Notes: generated from the letters alone by a model not told the origin. Numbered from the stretch's first letter, positions 8,874-18,077 are shown. The stretch is 64,000 nucleotides of DNA from Dehalococcoidia bacterium (GCA_034422935.1 DAOUJH010000010.1:118820-182819); one strand, 5' to 3'. Numbers and translations: made by a program.

Positions 8874-9788
8874 ATGACGACCCGGCATAGATCCCCAGCG
8901 GGCACTAACCTTGCCGCGCGAGAAGTACTGGAGGCTTACAAGCACTGCGAGGAGTTGGCGCGCAGCCACTACGAAAACTTCACCGTTGGCTCCTGGCTCC
9001 TGCCCCACGCACTGCGGCCGCACATCTTCGCCGTCTACGCCTTCTGTCGCCGCACCGACGACCTTGGCGACGAAGTGCCAGGCGACCGTTTAGCCCTCCT
9101 AAACGACTGGGAGGCCGAACTGTCCCGCTGCTACGAAGGCCAACCCACCGATCCCGTAATGATGGCGCTGCAGGACACCATCTGCAGGTTCGACATTCCC
9201 TCGGAGCCCTTCACCAGGCTCATAGAGGCCAACCGCATGGACCAGCGCCAACATCGCTACGGCACATACGACGATCTGCTGCACTACTGCCGCCACTCGG
9301 CGGAACCGGTAGGCCGCATGGTGCTCTACGTGCTGGGATACCGCGACCCCGAGCGGCAAGCCCTCTCCGACGCCACCTGCACGGCGCTGCAGCTTGCCAA
9401 CTTCTGGCAGGACGTGCACCGGGACTACCAGATGGACCGCATCTACATCCCCCAAGAGGACATGGCCCGCTTTGGCTACTCGGAGGAGGATCTGGCGGCC
9501 TGCGTAGTGAACGACCGCTTCCGCTCCCTGATGCGCTTTCAGGTAGACCGAGCGGAGGAGTTGTTCCGGCAGGGATTGCCGCTGGTACAGCGTCTCCAGG
9601 GCAGGGCAAGTCTGGACGTCGCGCTGTTCAGTAGGGGTGGCTTGGCCGTTCTGGCGGCGATCCGCCGCCAGAACTACGACGTGCTCAGCCGCCGTCCCGT
9701 GGTGACGCGAACCCGCAAGCTCTGGCTGATGCTCTCCACCATGGCGCGGCTTGTCATCTCGAGACCTGCATCAGATAGGCGGTCATGA
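8874..9788 (+). CDS. hpnC: Squalene synthase HpnC
   Basis: HYENF.V.SWLLP, YAFCR.TDDLGDE, YC..SA.PVGR.VL, LQL.NFWQD motifs. Confidence 0.9.
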   Translation: MTTRHRSPAGTNLAAREVLEAYKHCEELARSHYENFTVGSWLLPHALRPHIFAVYAFCRRTDDLGDEVPGDRLALLNDWEAELSRCYEGQPTDPVMMALQDTICRFDIPSEPFTRLIEANRMDQRQHRYGTYDDLLHYCRHSAEPVGRMVLYVLGYRDPERQALSDATCTALQLANFWQDVHRDYQMDRIYIPQEDMARFGYSEEDLAACVVNDRFRSLMRFQVDRAEELFRQGLPLVQRLQGRASLDVALFSRGGLAVLAAIRRQNYDVLSRRPVVTRTRKLWLMLSTMARLVISRPASDRRS

Positions 9789-10666
9789 TGGCGGCGGATG
9801 GAGCCCTAGCCCAAGCCTACAGCCACTGCCAGGAGGTGACCAAGCGAGAGGCGCGAAACTTCTACTTCGCCTTCCTCACGCTTCCTCCCGCCAAACGCCA
9901 AGCCATCTACGCCGTATACGCCTTCGCCCGCATCTGCGACGACATCGTCGACGGTGAGGCTTCCACCGAGGCCAAGCTGACCGAGCTGGCCGAGGTCCGT
10001 CGTTCACTTGAGCGGGCTTATGACGGCTTCCCTGAGGGCCCAGTCTTCACGGCACTGGCAGACGTAGCGGCCACCTACCACATAGAGCAATCAAGTTTCC
10101 AGGCGCTGGTGGGCGGCGTCGAAGTGGACACGGCTCAAAACAGATACGCAACCTTTGAAGACCTGCTACGGTACTGCTACGGCGTAGCTTCCACCGTCGG
10201 GCTCATCTGCATCGAGATCTTCGGGTATGCGCGGCCTGAGGCCCGCTGCTACGCGGTGGACCTTGGCCTGGCCATGCAGCTTACCAACATCCTGCGCGAC
10301 ATCCAGGAGGACGCCGAGCGCGACCGAATCTACATCCCTCAAGATGAGCTGGCCCGCTTCGGTTATTCAGAGGAGGAGCTAGCTGGGGGAGTCGTCAACC
10401 GGTGCTTCACAGAGCTGATGCGCTTCCAGGCAGAGCGCGCCCGCAGTTATTACAGCAGCAGTGCCCGGCTGCTCCCTCTGGTGCCCGTCCGCTCCCGCGC
10501 CTGCGTCTCCGTCCTTCACGGGCTGTATTCGCGGCTGCTGGACCGGATAGAGGCGCGCCGCTTCGATGTCTTTCACGGCCGGGTTAGGCTCAGTACCGCC
10601 GAGAAGGTACTGCTCACAGCCAAGCTATGGGCGGCCAGCCTCCTCCCGGCGCGCCGGGTCACGTGA
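9785..10666 (+). CDS. hpnD: Presqualene diphosphate synthase HpnD
   Basis: NFYFAF..LP, YAFAR.CDDIVD, YCYGVASTVG, LGLAMQLTNILRDI.ED motifs; follows hpnC with ATGA overlap. Confidence 0.88.
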   Translation: MMAADGALAQAYSHCQEVTKREARNFYFAFLTLPPAKRQAIYAVYAFARICDDIVDGEASTEAKLTELAEVRRSLERAYDGFPEGPVFTALADVAATYHIEQSSFQALVGGVEVDTAQNRYATFEDLLRYCYGVASTVGLICIEIFGYARPEARCYAVDLGLAMQLTNILRDIQEDAERDRIYIPQDELARFGYSEEELAGGVVNRCFTELMRFQAERARSYYSSSARLLPLVPVRSRACVSVLHGLYSRLLDRIEARRFDVFHGRVRLSTAEKVLLTAKLWAASLLPARRVT

Positions 10667-12006
10667 GCAGCGTCGTCGTACTGGGCGGGGGGCTGGCCGG
10701 CATGGCCGCGGCATGGCGCCTCTCCAACCTGGGTCACGACGTGACGCTGGTGGAGCGTCGGCCATACCTGGGTGGGAGAGCTTTCTCCTTCACGGACCGC
10801 GAAAGCGGCGTGCAAGTAGACAACGGGCAGCACGTGTTTCTGGGTTGCTGCACCGAGTACGCCAAATTCCTGGACGAGATGGGGACTCTAGAACTCACCC
10901 ATCGCCAGCGCCGCCTACGCATAGAGGTCTTCGATTCACACGGAAAGCGCGGTCTGCTCTCCGCTCTGCCGCTTCCCGCGCCTCTCCACCTTGGGTGGTC
11001 GTTGCTGCGCTACCCGCACATCAGCTGGACTGACAAGCTGCGCGCGATGCAGGCACTGCTGCGCATCCGCCTGGAACGCCGCCACGACCGCATCGAGTTG
11101 GAGTCGCGTTCCTTCCGGGACTGGCTGGAGGAAGCAGGCCAGAGCAGCAGGGCAATCCGGAACCTGTGGGACCTGCTGGTGCTGCCGGCGCTCAACGATG
11201 CTTCAGAGGACGTCAGCGCCAGCGCCGGTTTCATGCTTTTCAAGACCGCCATGCTCAAAGACCGCCATGACGCCAACGTGGGCTACGCCCGCGCCGGGCT
11301 GTCAGAGGTGATGGGCAACGCCGTCGAACACCGGTTGCGAGAGCAAGGGGTTACGCTCGTGCTGGGACGCTCAGCCGAGCGTCTGCACATAGACCACGGC
11401 TCGGTGGCAGGCGTGTCGATGACCGGAGGGGAGATGGTGCATGCCGATTTCTACGTGAGCGCGCTGATGCCAACGGTACTGCTCGGACTGCTGCCGAATG
11501 AGTGGCGCCGGCATCCCGCGTTCGCGCCGGCCGCGGCCTTTACCTGGTCGCCCATTGTGAACCTGCACGTCTGGTACGACCGCCCCGTGGCCGACTTCGA
11601 CTTTGCCGCCTTTGTGGAAAGCCCGGTGCAGTGGGTATTCAACAAGACTCGCATTCTGGGTCTACCCGGACCCGGCCAGTATCTGACCGTGTCGCTGAGC
11701 GGAGCCTGGGAGCACTGGCAGGTGAGCAAACAGGAGCTAGCGGACTCCTTCCTGCCGGAGCTGGCACGGGTGCTGCCGAGTGGACGAGACGCGACTGTGG
11801 AACGGTTCGTGATTGTCAAGGAGCGGCAAGCCACGTTCCGGCCGGCCCCGGGGTCCGCGCCGTCACGACTGCCCGTGGAGACGCCGCTAGGCAACCTGCT
11901 CTTAGCCGGGGACTGGACCGATACGGGCTGGCCAGCCACCATGGAGGGCGCGGTGCGAAGCGGCAACTCAGTGGCGGGCAAGGTCCACGAGCGCACTGCT
12001 GAGTGA
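10663..12006 (+). CDS. hpnE: Hydroxysqualene dehydroxylase HpnE (start set at GTG 10663)
   Basis: VVVLGGGLAGMAAA FAD motif, DNGQHVFLGCCTEY, SPIVNLH.WYD, LAGDWT.TGWPATMEGAVRSG; GTGA overlap with the hpnD stop. Confidence 0.9.
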   Translation: MSSVVVLGGGLAGMAAAWRLSNLGHDVTLVERRPYLGGRAFSFTDRESGVQVDNGQHVFLGCCTEYAKFLDEMGTLELTHRQRRLRIEVFDSHGKRGLLSALPLPAPLHLGWSLLRYPHISWTDKLRAMQALLRIRLERRHDRIELESRSFRDWLEEAGQSSRAIRNLWDLLVLPALNDASEDVSASAGFMLFKTAMLKDRHDANVGYARAGLSEVMGNAVEHRLREQGVTLVLGRSAERLHIDHGSVAGVSMTGGEMVHADFYVSALMPTVLLGLLPNEWRRHPAFAPAAAFTWSPIVNLHVWYDRPVADFDFAAFVESPVQWVFNKTRILGLPGPGQYLTVSLSGAWEHWQVSKQELADSFLPELARVLPSGRDATVERFVIVKERQATFRPAPGSAPSRLPVETPLGNLLLAGDWTDTGWPATMEGAVRSGNSVAGKVHERTAE

Positions 12007-12142
12007 CTCGCTTTAGGCTTTAGCGCGGCCTAGTTTACGATACTAGGACGCCAGCTTGCTCTACGTACAGCCAGTAACCTTGCCCACTTCCACATCGTGG
12101 CGCAGTGGCTAACCAAGCCCGCGCTGTGGTATCTTGGGAACC

Positions 12143-13576
12143 GTGAAATTCGATGGTTACAACCTAGAACAGTCCATATATGATGAGATGTTCCTGCAGG
12201 ACGGAACGCCCAGGGAGCATTACCGGCCTCTTCACGAAAGCCTGCTCTCCCTCTCCTCCGAGGAGATCAGGAGCATTCAGGAACGGGTGACCCGCTCCTT
12301 CTCCAACGAAGGCATCTCCTTCACCGTCTACGGCGACGAGGAGGGTGAGGAACGGATAATCCCCGTGGACTGCGTGCCCAGGGTTATCTCCGCTGAAGAG
12401 TGGCGCTTCTTGGAAAAGGGACTAGCCCAGCGGGTGAAGGCGCTCAATCTCTTCCTGGAAGACGTCTACAACGAAGCTCGTATTCTTGAAGACGGCGTCA
12501 TTCCCGTGGATGTGGTTATGGAGTGCCCTCAGTACCGCACGGAGATGCGGGGCTTTTCGGCGCCCCACGGCACTTGGGTCGGCATCTGCGGCACCGACGT
12601 CATCAGGACTAACGACGGCTTCCGAGTGCTAGAAGACAACCTGCGGGTCCCCTCCGGCGTCTCCTATATGATCGCAAACCGTAAGGCGGTGAAGACCAGT
12701 ATGCGCCGGCTGTATAGGAGCTCCCGCGTACAGGAAGTGGAGCACTACGGCCGTTTGCTGCTAACCACCCTCCTAGAGCTTGCCCCTAGAGGCCGGTCGC
12801 AACCGAGCATTGCTCTGCTCACCCCAGGGGTCTATAACTCCGCCTTCTACGAGCATATGTTCCTGGCTCACGAGATAGGCGCAGAGCTTGTGGAGGGCCG
12901 GGACCTACTGGTAAACGACGGTTTTGTGTATATGCGCACCACCACCGGCCTGCGCAGGGTGGACATCATCTACCGTCGGGTTGACGACGATTTCCTGGAC
13001 CCGCTGGTCTTCCGCCCCGACTCCATGCTGGGCGTGCCGGGACTGCTCCACGCTTACAAGCTGGGCAACGTGGCCCTGGTAAACGCCCCCGGCACCGGCG
13101 TTGCCGATGACAAGAGTGTCTACGCCTATGTGCCGGATATGATCCGGTACTACCTTGGAGAGGAGGCCATCCTGGCCAACGTGGAAACGTACCTTTGCCG
13201 CCGGCCCCTTGACCTGGAGTACACCCTGGACAACCTGGCAAACCTAGTGGTGAAACGGGTGGGAGAATCGGGAGGCTACGGAATGATCATCGGGCCTCAC
13301 GCCACGCAGAAGGAACGGGACGATTACGCCGTGCAGGTACGCGCCAACCCCGCCGACTTCATATCGCAGCCCGTGCTCTCCCTTTCCAGGTCTCCGTGCC
13401 TGATCGACGGCAACTTTGAACCGCGACACGTGGATCTACGCCCCTTCATACTCCACGGACAGGAAACCCGCATGGTGCCTGGCGCATTCTGCCGCGTGGC
13501 GCTGCGTCGTGGCAGCCTGGTGGTGAACTCCAGCCAGGGCGGCGGAGGCAAAGACATCTGGGTGCTGGGAGACTGA
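12143..13576 (+). CDS. Circularly permuted type 2 ATP-grasp protein
   Basis: YDEM, VLEDNLRVPSGVSYM, NSAFYEH.FLA, VD.IYRRVDDDFLDPL.FR.DS.LGVPGL, GYGM.IGP, PRHVDLRPF, VVNSSQGGG.KD motifs. Start is GTG 12143 or TTG 12134. Confidence 0.92.
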   Translation: MKFDGYNLEQSIYDEMFLQDGTPREHYRPLHESLLSLSSEEIRSIQERVTRSFSNEGISFTVYGDEEGEERIIPVDCVPRVISAEEWRFLEKGLAQRVKALNLFLEDVYNEARILEDGVIPVDVVMECPQYRTEMRGFSAPHGTWVGICGTDVIRTNDGFRVLEDNLRVPSGVSYMIANRKAVKTSMRRLYRSSRVQEVEHYGRLLLTTLLELAPRGRSQPSIALLTPGVYNSAFYEHMFLAHEIGAELVEGRDLLVNDGFVYMRTTTGLRRVDIIYRRVDDDFLDPLVFRPDSMLGVPGLLHAYKLGNVALVNAPGTGVADDKSVYAYVPDMIRYYLGEEAILANVETYLCRRPLDLEYTLDNLANLVVKRVGESGGYGMIIGPHATQKERDDYAVQVRANPADFISQPVLSLSRSPCLIDGNFEPRHVDLRPFILHGQETRMVPGAFCRVALRRGSLVVNSSQGGGGKDIWVLGD

Positions 13577-13581
13577 CCGGG

Positions 13582-14550
13582 ATGCTCTCTCGTAGCGCAC
13601 AAGGTTTGTACTGGATGGGCAGGTACCTGGAGCGGGCGGATTTCGTCTGCCGTTTGTTGCGGCTACAAACGGAAGCCCTGGTGGACCGCCCCGTTTCGGA
13701 GATCCACTCAGGCTGGAACCGGATCTACAACGGGCTCAACCGCCTGCCTCCCCTGGGAAGCCAGGTGATGACGAGCAGCGACGAGTTCACCCAGGCCGAT
13801 TCTTACACCCTAGCCGACGATCTCACCTTTGAGCGCACCAACCCCGATTCGGTGTGGAGCTGCTTCTCCATGGGGCGTGAGAACGCCCGGCAGATGCGCC
13901 ATCACATCAGCGGTGAGCTATGGACCAGTATCAACCTGGCCTACCTCAAGATGCAGAAGTTGACCATCACGGATATATGGGCAACCTCGCCGGAGGGCTT
14001 CTACGCCGAAACGGCGGCGGAGATGAACACCTTCTCCGGCGTGGCCGGCGCTACCATCTACCGGGATGAAGGCTGGAGCTTCATGCAGCTAGGGCGATTC
14101 ATAGAACGGGCCCAGCTCTCCACATCGCTGCTCCTGACGCAAATCGACGCCGATGCCCGGGCCGGGGAGTACTCCGACGCTGACTGGACCAGTCTGCTCC
14201 GCCTCTTCCACGCTGTTGAGGCCTACAACCGCAGCTACAGCGTGGAGGTACACCCGGGCCAGGTGCTGAACCTGCTGGTCACGGATGCCCTGCTGCCGGA
14301 CTCGCTCTGCCGGTCCCTGGACAGGACTCATTCCGGCGTAGCATCCATTGGCCCCGGGCCCAACGCCAAAGCCAGCAGCGCAGCTCTACGACTGGCAGGC
14401 CGCACTGGCGCACTCATCCACTACAATTGGCCTGATGGAGAGGACCGGCCCAAGCTTCTGCGACAGGTGCAGCAGTACAGCCGCGAACTGCACCACCTCC
14501 TGGCAGACGCCTACTTCGATTATCCCATAGAGGACTTGCCAGCCCGCTAG
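13582..14550 (+). CDS. Alpha-E domain-containing protein
   Basis: MLSR.A..LYWMGRYLERA, RENAR..R..IS.ELW, F..LGRFIERA (duplicated ER motifs). Confidence 0.9.
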   Translation: MLSRSAQGLYWMGRYLERADFVCRLLRLQTEALVDRPVSEIHSGWNRIYNGLNRLPPLGSQVMTSSDEFTQADSYTLADDLTFERTNPDSVWSCFSMGRENARQMRHHISGELWTSINLAYLKMQKLTITDIWATSPEGFYAETAAEMNTFSGVAGATIYRDEGWSFMQLGRFIERAQLSTSLLLTQIDADARAGEYSDADWTSLLRLFHAVEAYNRSYSVEVHPGQVLNLLVTDALLPDSLCRSLDRTHSGVASIGPGPNAKASSAALRLAGRTGALIHYNWPDGEDRPKLLRQVQQYSRELHHLLADAYFDYPIEDLPAR

Positions 14551-14553
14551 CCC

Positions 14554-15417
14554 ATGGTCGAACCGAAGTCGGAACTCTATGAAATAGAGCACGTTTCCCG
14601 CTATCTGTACGCTTCTCCCGTACGCCACAGCATCCTGTCCCTCTGCCTAAAACCGCGCAACGACCGGCTGCAACGGCTTTTCAGCTATGACGTAATCACC
14701 AACCCACAGGCGCATCTGACCAGCGAAATGGATTTCTACGGGAACACAAAGCAGATTATGAACATTTACCAGGGGCACCAAGCCCTGGAGATTACCTCTC
14801 GATCCATCGTGGAATGCAGCTCTCCTCCTCCCATACCCGGCTTCTTAGGCGTCGGCGCATGGGAGGAGATACTATTCTGGCGGGGCTCCTTCAGGTACTG
14901 GGAATTCACTCGCCCAAGCGCCTTCGCCAGACCATCTCCCGCCCTCAACTCGTTCCTGAAGAAGATGGGGGTCGGGCCAGGCGACGACCCTCTGCAGTCC
15001 CTGCTCCAGCTTTCCGGCACCCTCTTCCGAAGGTTCCAGTACGTTCCGGGCGCCACGTCTGTGTTGTCCCCCATTGAACATATCCTGGAGACCGGACAGG
15101 GAGTATGCCAGGACTACGCCCACGTCATGATAGCAATTGCCCGTACCTGGCATATCCCGGCCAGGTACGTGTCGGGCTATCTATACTTAAACGGCAGCAG
15201 GGAGTCTCGACAGATGGCCAGTCACGCCTGGGTGGAGTGCCTGTTGCCCAACTTAGGCTGGATTGGCTTTGACCCCACCAATGATTGCACGGCGGATCAG
15301 CGCTACGTACGGGTAGCCATTGGCCGCGATTATCAGGACGTGCCTCCAGTTCGCGGGGTTTTAATGGGGGGCGGAGAGTCTAGACTTGAGGTGAGCATAC
15401 ATGTTAGGAAGGCGTGA
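14554..15417 (+). CDS. Transglutaminase family protein with bacterial N-terminal domain
   Basis: YEIEH.SRY.Y N-terminus; GVCQDYAH, ARYVSGYL, SHAWVE, GFDPTN, GRDY.DV.P (Cys-His-Asp triad). Confidence 0.92.
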   Translation: MVEPKSELYEIEHVSRYLYASPVRHSILSLCLKPRNDRLQRLFSYDVITNPQAHLTSEMDFYGNTKQIMNIYQGHQALEITSRSIVECSSPPPIPGFLGVGAWEEILFWRGSFRYWEFTRPSAFARPSPALNSFLKKMGVGPGDDPLQSLLQLSGTLFRRFQYVPGATSVLSPIEHILETGQGVCQDYAHVMIAIARTWHIPARYVSGYLYLNGSRESRQMASHAWVECLLPNLGWIGFDPTNDCTADQRYVRVAIGRDYQDVPPVRGVLMGGGESRLEVSIHVRKA

Positions 15418-15460
15418 CCCTCGCGGTCATCCTCCGGCATGGCACCCGTTTAGGGCATGT

Positions 15461-16111
15461 TCAATACGCGTAGGGGTGGATTGACATTGCCACAGACGCC
15501 TCAATGTCTCGAATGGCCTGGGTCATGGCCTGGCCTATGAGGTCAAGCCTTTGCAGCTGCTCTATGCGGTCGGCCAGATTGTTGAGTTCGTTCCTGGACA
15601 ACAGATGCTCGAAGATGCGGCAGGCATTGACCAGAGCGATGATGACCACGTCTCGCGGGTCAGGAATCTCATCGCTGAAGAGGATGCCCATTATGCGCAG
15701 CTTGACCTCCTGCTCAGCCTTGCCCTCTATGGTCGGGTAGCGCCTGGACTTGAACACCCAGAGAAACCGGGCATCCCGTCGCTCCAGGATTCCCTGGGCA
15801 ACCAGTCGGGATAGGGCTTCCTCTCGGATGAACGGGCCGCGGGCTGCCGCTCTCTCCACCCAGTAGCGAGCGTTGTGTCCGTCCCCAGCGGCAATGTCGG
15901 CCAGCGTGGGGTCCAGGAGGCTGTCACCCACTGGGGTAGAGTCGAGCAGGACAAGATTTTCAGGATCCGTGTCGATGCGGTTTTCCAGTGCCAAATCCAT
16001 CAAAACGCCTCCAGCAAGGGCGTAGTCCAACGCCCAACTGGGTACTCGCGCGAAACGCCCGCCCTCATCGTCGAGCAACAACAGCATCAGTTCCTCAGCA
16101 AATCTCAGCAC
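15461..16111 (-). CDS. GOLPH3/VPS74 (GPP34) family protein
   Basis: EELMLLLLDD.GG, ALAG.VLMDLAL..RI, TP.GD.LLD, L...GIL, RRYP motifs. Confidence 0.8.
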   Translation of the reverse strand: MLRFAEELMLLLLDDEGGRFARVPSWALDYALAGGVLMDLALENRIDTDPENLVLLDSTPVGDSLLDPTLADIAAGDGHNARYWVERAAARGPFIREEALSRLVAQGILERRDARFLWVFKSRRYPTIEGKAEQEVKLRIMGILFSDEIPDPRDVVIIALVNACRIFEHLLSRNELNNLADRIEQLQRLDLIGQAMTQAIRDIEASVAMSIHPYAY

Positions 16112-16355
16112 GGTGTTCCCTCCAAATAGACCATGTCCTCAATATCACGGAGCAACGCAGGTTATGCCTAGCCAACGGACTCCTGAGCGGACGGGTCGCC
16201 ATGTTCTGTAGCTCCCTATACCTGGCGTTTGGCCGATGTCTTCGCTGTAGATGCAAGTGCAACGGCCTTCGTCGCCGTGAACTGGCTTATCTATACCAAG
16301 CTTGCATTCTTAGTCACTGCATTGTACTAGAGGCAACGCAACTTTAGCAATTCTG

Positions 16356-16384
16356 TTGTCTAGCGCCTAGAATTGCGTTATTAT
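16356..16384 (+). promoter_or_regulatory. Putative sigma70 promoter of the GSII gene, overlapped by an inverted repeat
   Basis: TTGTCT-N17-TATTAT; GCAATTCT (16347-16354)/AGAATTGC (16369-16376) flank the -35 box. Confidence 0.4.
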
Positions 16385-16451
16385 ATGCTCTTGGCTGGCC
16401 CGTAGGCGGTAAATGCGGCTGGCCGGAAATCTCCATTCGCGTGAGGACGGA

Positions 16452-17447
16452 ATGAGTATAAGAGCAGAGTATATCTGGATAGATGGTAGCGTACCCACAC
16501 CCAAGCTTAGATCAAAGACCAGGATCGTCAATGAAGGCGACCCTCTACCCATCTGGGGCTTCGATGGTTCCAGCACCAACCAGGCTCCCGGAGGCGATTC
16601 AGACTGCGTCCTGAGACCGGTCTTTCAGTGCCCTGACCCTGTGAGAGGCGGGAACAACATTCTGGTGATGACAGAGGTCCTGAACACCGACCTCACCCCC
16701 CACGAGTCCAATACCCGCGCCGCATGCGCAGTGGCTGCGGAGAAGTACGCCGAGCATGAGTACATCTTCGGCATTGAACAGGAGTACACCTTCTTCAAGG
16801 GCTCCAGACCCCTGGGCTTCCCGGAACAGGGAATCGCCGCGCCGCAGGGAGGCTACTACTGCGGCGTTGGAGCCGACGAGATATTCGGCAGACCGGTGGT
16901 AGAAGAGCACTTGGACGCTTGCCTGGAGGCCGGACTGGACATCTCCGGCATCAACGCAGAGGTAATGCCCGGCCAGTGGGAGTTCCAGGTAGGGCCCGTT
17001 CCGGCGCTAGAAGTATCCGACCAGCTATGGATTGCCCGCTGGCTACTGTACCGGGTTGGCGAGCACCATGACATCAACGCAACCCTGGATCCAAAGCCTG
17101 CCCGAGGCGACTGGAACGGCGCCGGAGCGCACACCAACTTCTCTACCAGAGAGATGAGAGCCAACTACGATGCCTGCATTCAAGCAGCCGAGGCTTTGAG
17201 AACCAGGCATGAGCTGCACATTGCCAACTACGGCTACGGAATAGAGGAGAGGCTTACCGGACGGCATGAGACCTGCTCCTACAAGGAATATCGCTACGGA
17301 GTCTCGGACAGGGGAGCATCGGTCAGGATCCCCTGGCAAGTAGAGAGGGAAGGCAGAGGGTATATAGAGGACCGACGTCCCAATGCCAACATGGACCCCT
17401 ACGTGGTCACGCGCCTAATCATGGAAACAGTCTCCGGGGCGGCATAA
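16452..17447 (+). CDS. glnII: Glutamine synthetase type II (GSII; start set at ATG 16452)
   Basis: AEYIWIDG, LRSKTR, WGFDGSSTNQA.G.DSD, GQWEFQVGP, DWNGAGAHTNFST, GVSDRGASVRIP, YIEDRRP.AN.DPY; ~331 aa, GSII-sized. Confidence 0.93.
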   Translation: MSIRAEYIWIDGSVPTPKLRSKTRIVNEGDPLPIWGFDGSSTNQAPGGDSDCVLRPVFQCPDPVRGGNNILVMTEVLNTDLTPHESNTRAACAVAAEKYAEHEYIFGIEQEYTFFKGSRPLGFPEQGIAAPQGGYYCGVGADEIFGRPVVEEHLDACLEAGLDISGINAEVMPGQWEFQVGPVPALEVSDQLWIARWLLYRVGEHHDINATLDPKPARGDWNGAGAHTNFSTREMRANYDACIQAAEALRTRHELHIANYGYGIEERLTGRHETCSYKEYRYGVSDRGASVRIPWQVEREGRGYIEDRRPNANMDPYVVTRLIMETVSGAA

Positions 17448-17738
17448 GCTGTTTCAAGCACTCTGTGCGGTATACGGTATTGCTCTAGCGATTGATTTTG
17501 TGTATCCTGCCACAGGTGCTGCTCTTAATGAGCCTAAAATTGGGCGGTGATCTGGTAGACTAGGTGGCATACGCCTATCCTGCTCCTCCAAAACGGGGTA
17601 GATGCAGAGGGCATGGGTCTACAAGGTTCCGTACGAAGTCTCTAGGGAGGAATTCGCTCCCTAATCGATGATAAGGCAATTATAGTATAATACGTCGCTG
17701 TAACCTAAGCTACAGGCACGGCCAGGGAGATAGATTCC

Positions 17739-18077
17739 ATGGAGATTCAACAGGAGCGAAAGGGAGACACCCTAATAGCAATGACGGAAGGACGCGTGGA
17801 TGGCACCAACGCCAGGGACTTCCAGGTTGCTTTGGAAGAAGCTATAAACGGCAGCGAGACTGCCGTTATTCTGGACCTGGAGAAGCTTTCCTACATCAGT
17901 AGTGCCGGCCTTCGCGTGATTCTGTTGATGGCCAAGACGCTGCGGACCCAGAATGCCGAGTTTGCCGTCTGCTCTCTTTCCGAGTCTATTCGGGAAATAT
18001 TTGCTATTAGCGGCTTTGATAAGATTGTTAACATCCACAACTCTAAAGACGAAGCCCTTGCCGCCCTCAGCAGCTAG
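17739..18077 (+). CDS. STAS-domain anti-sigma factor antagonist
   Basis: GRVDGTNA, ILDLEKLSYISSAGLRVIL, IF.ISGF; SD-like agggag upstream. Confidence 0.9.
   Translation: MEIQQERKGDTLIAMTEGRVDGTNARDFQVALEEAINGSETAVILDLEKLSYISSAGLRVILLMAKTLRTQNAEFAVCSLSESIREIFAISGFDKIVNIHNSKDEALAALSS

Noticed and set aside
16385-16451. Possible glnA (glutamine) riboswitch upstream of GSII
   Set aside because: Only a GACGGAA fragment resembles the motif; the expected stems are not evident.
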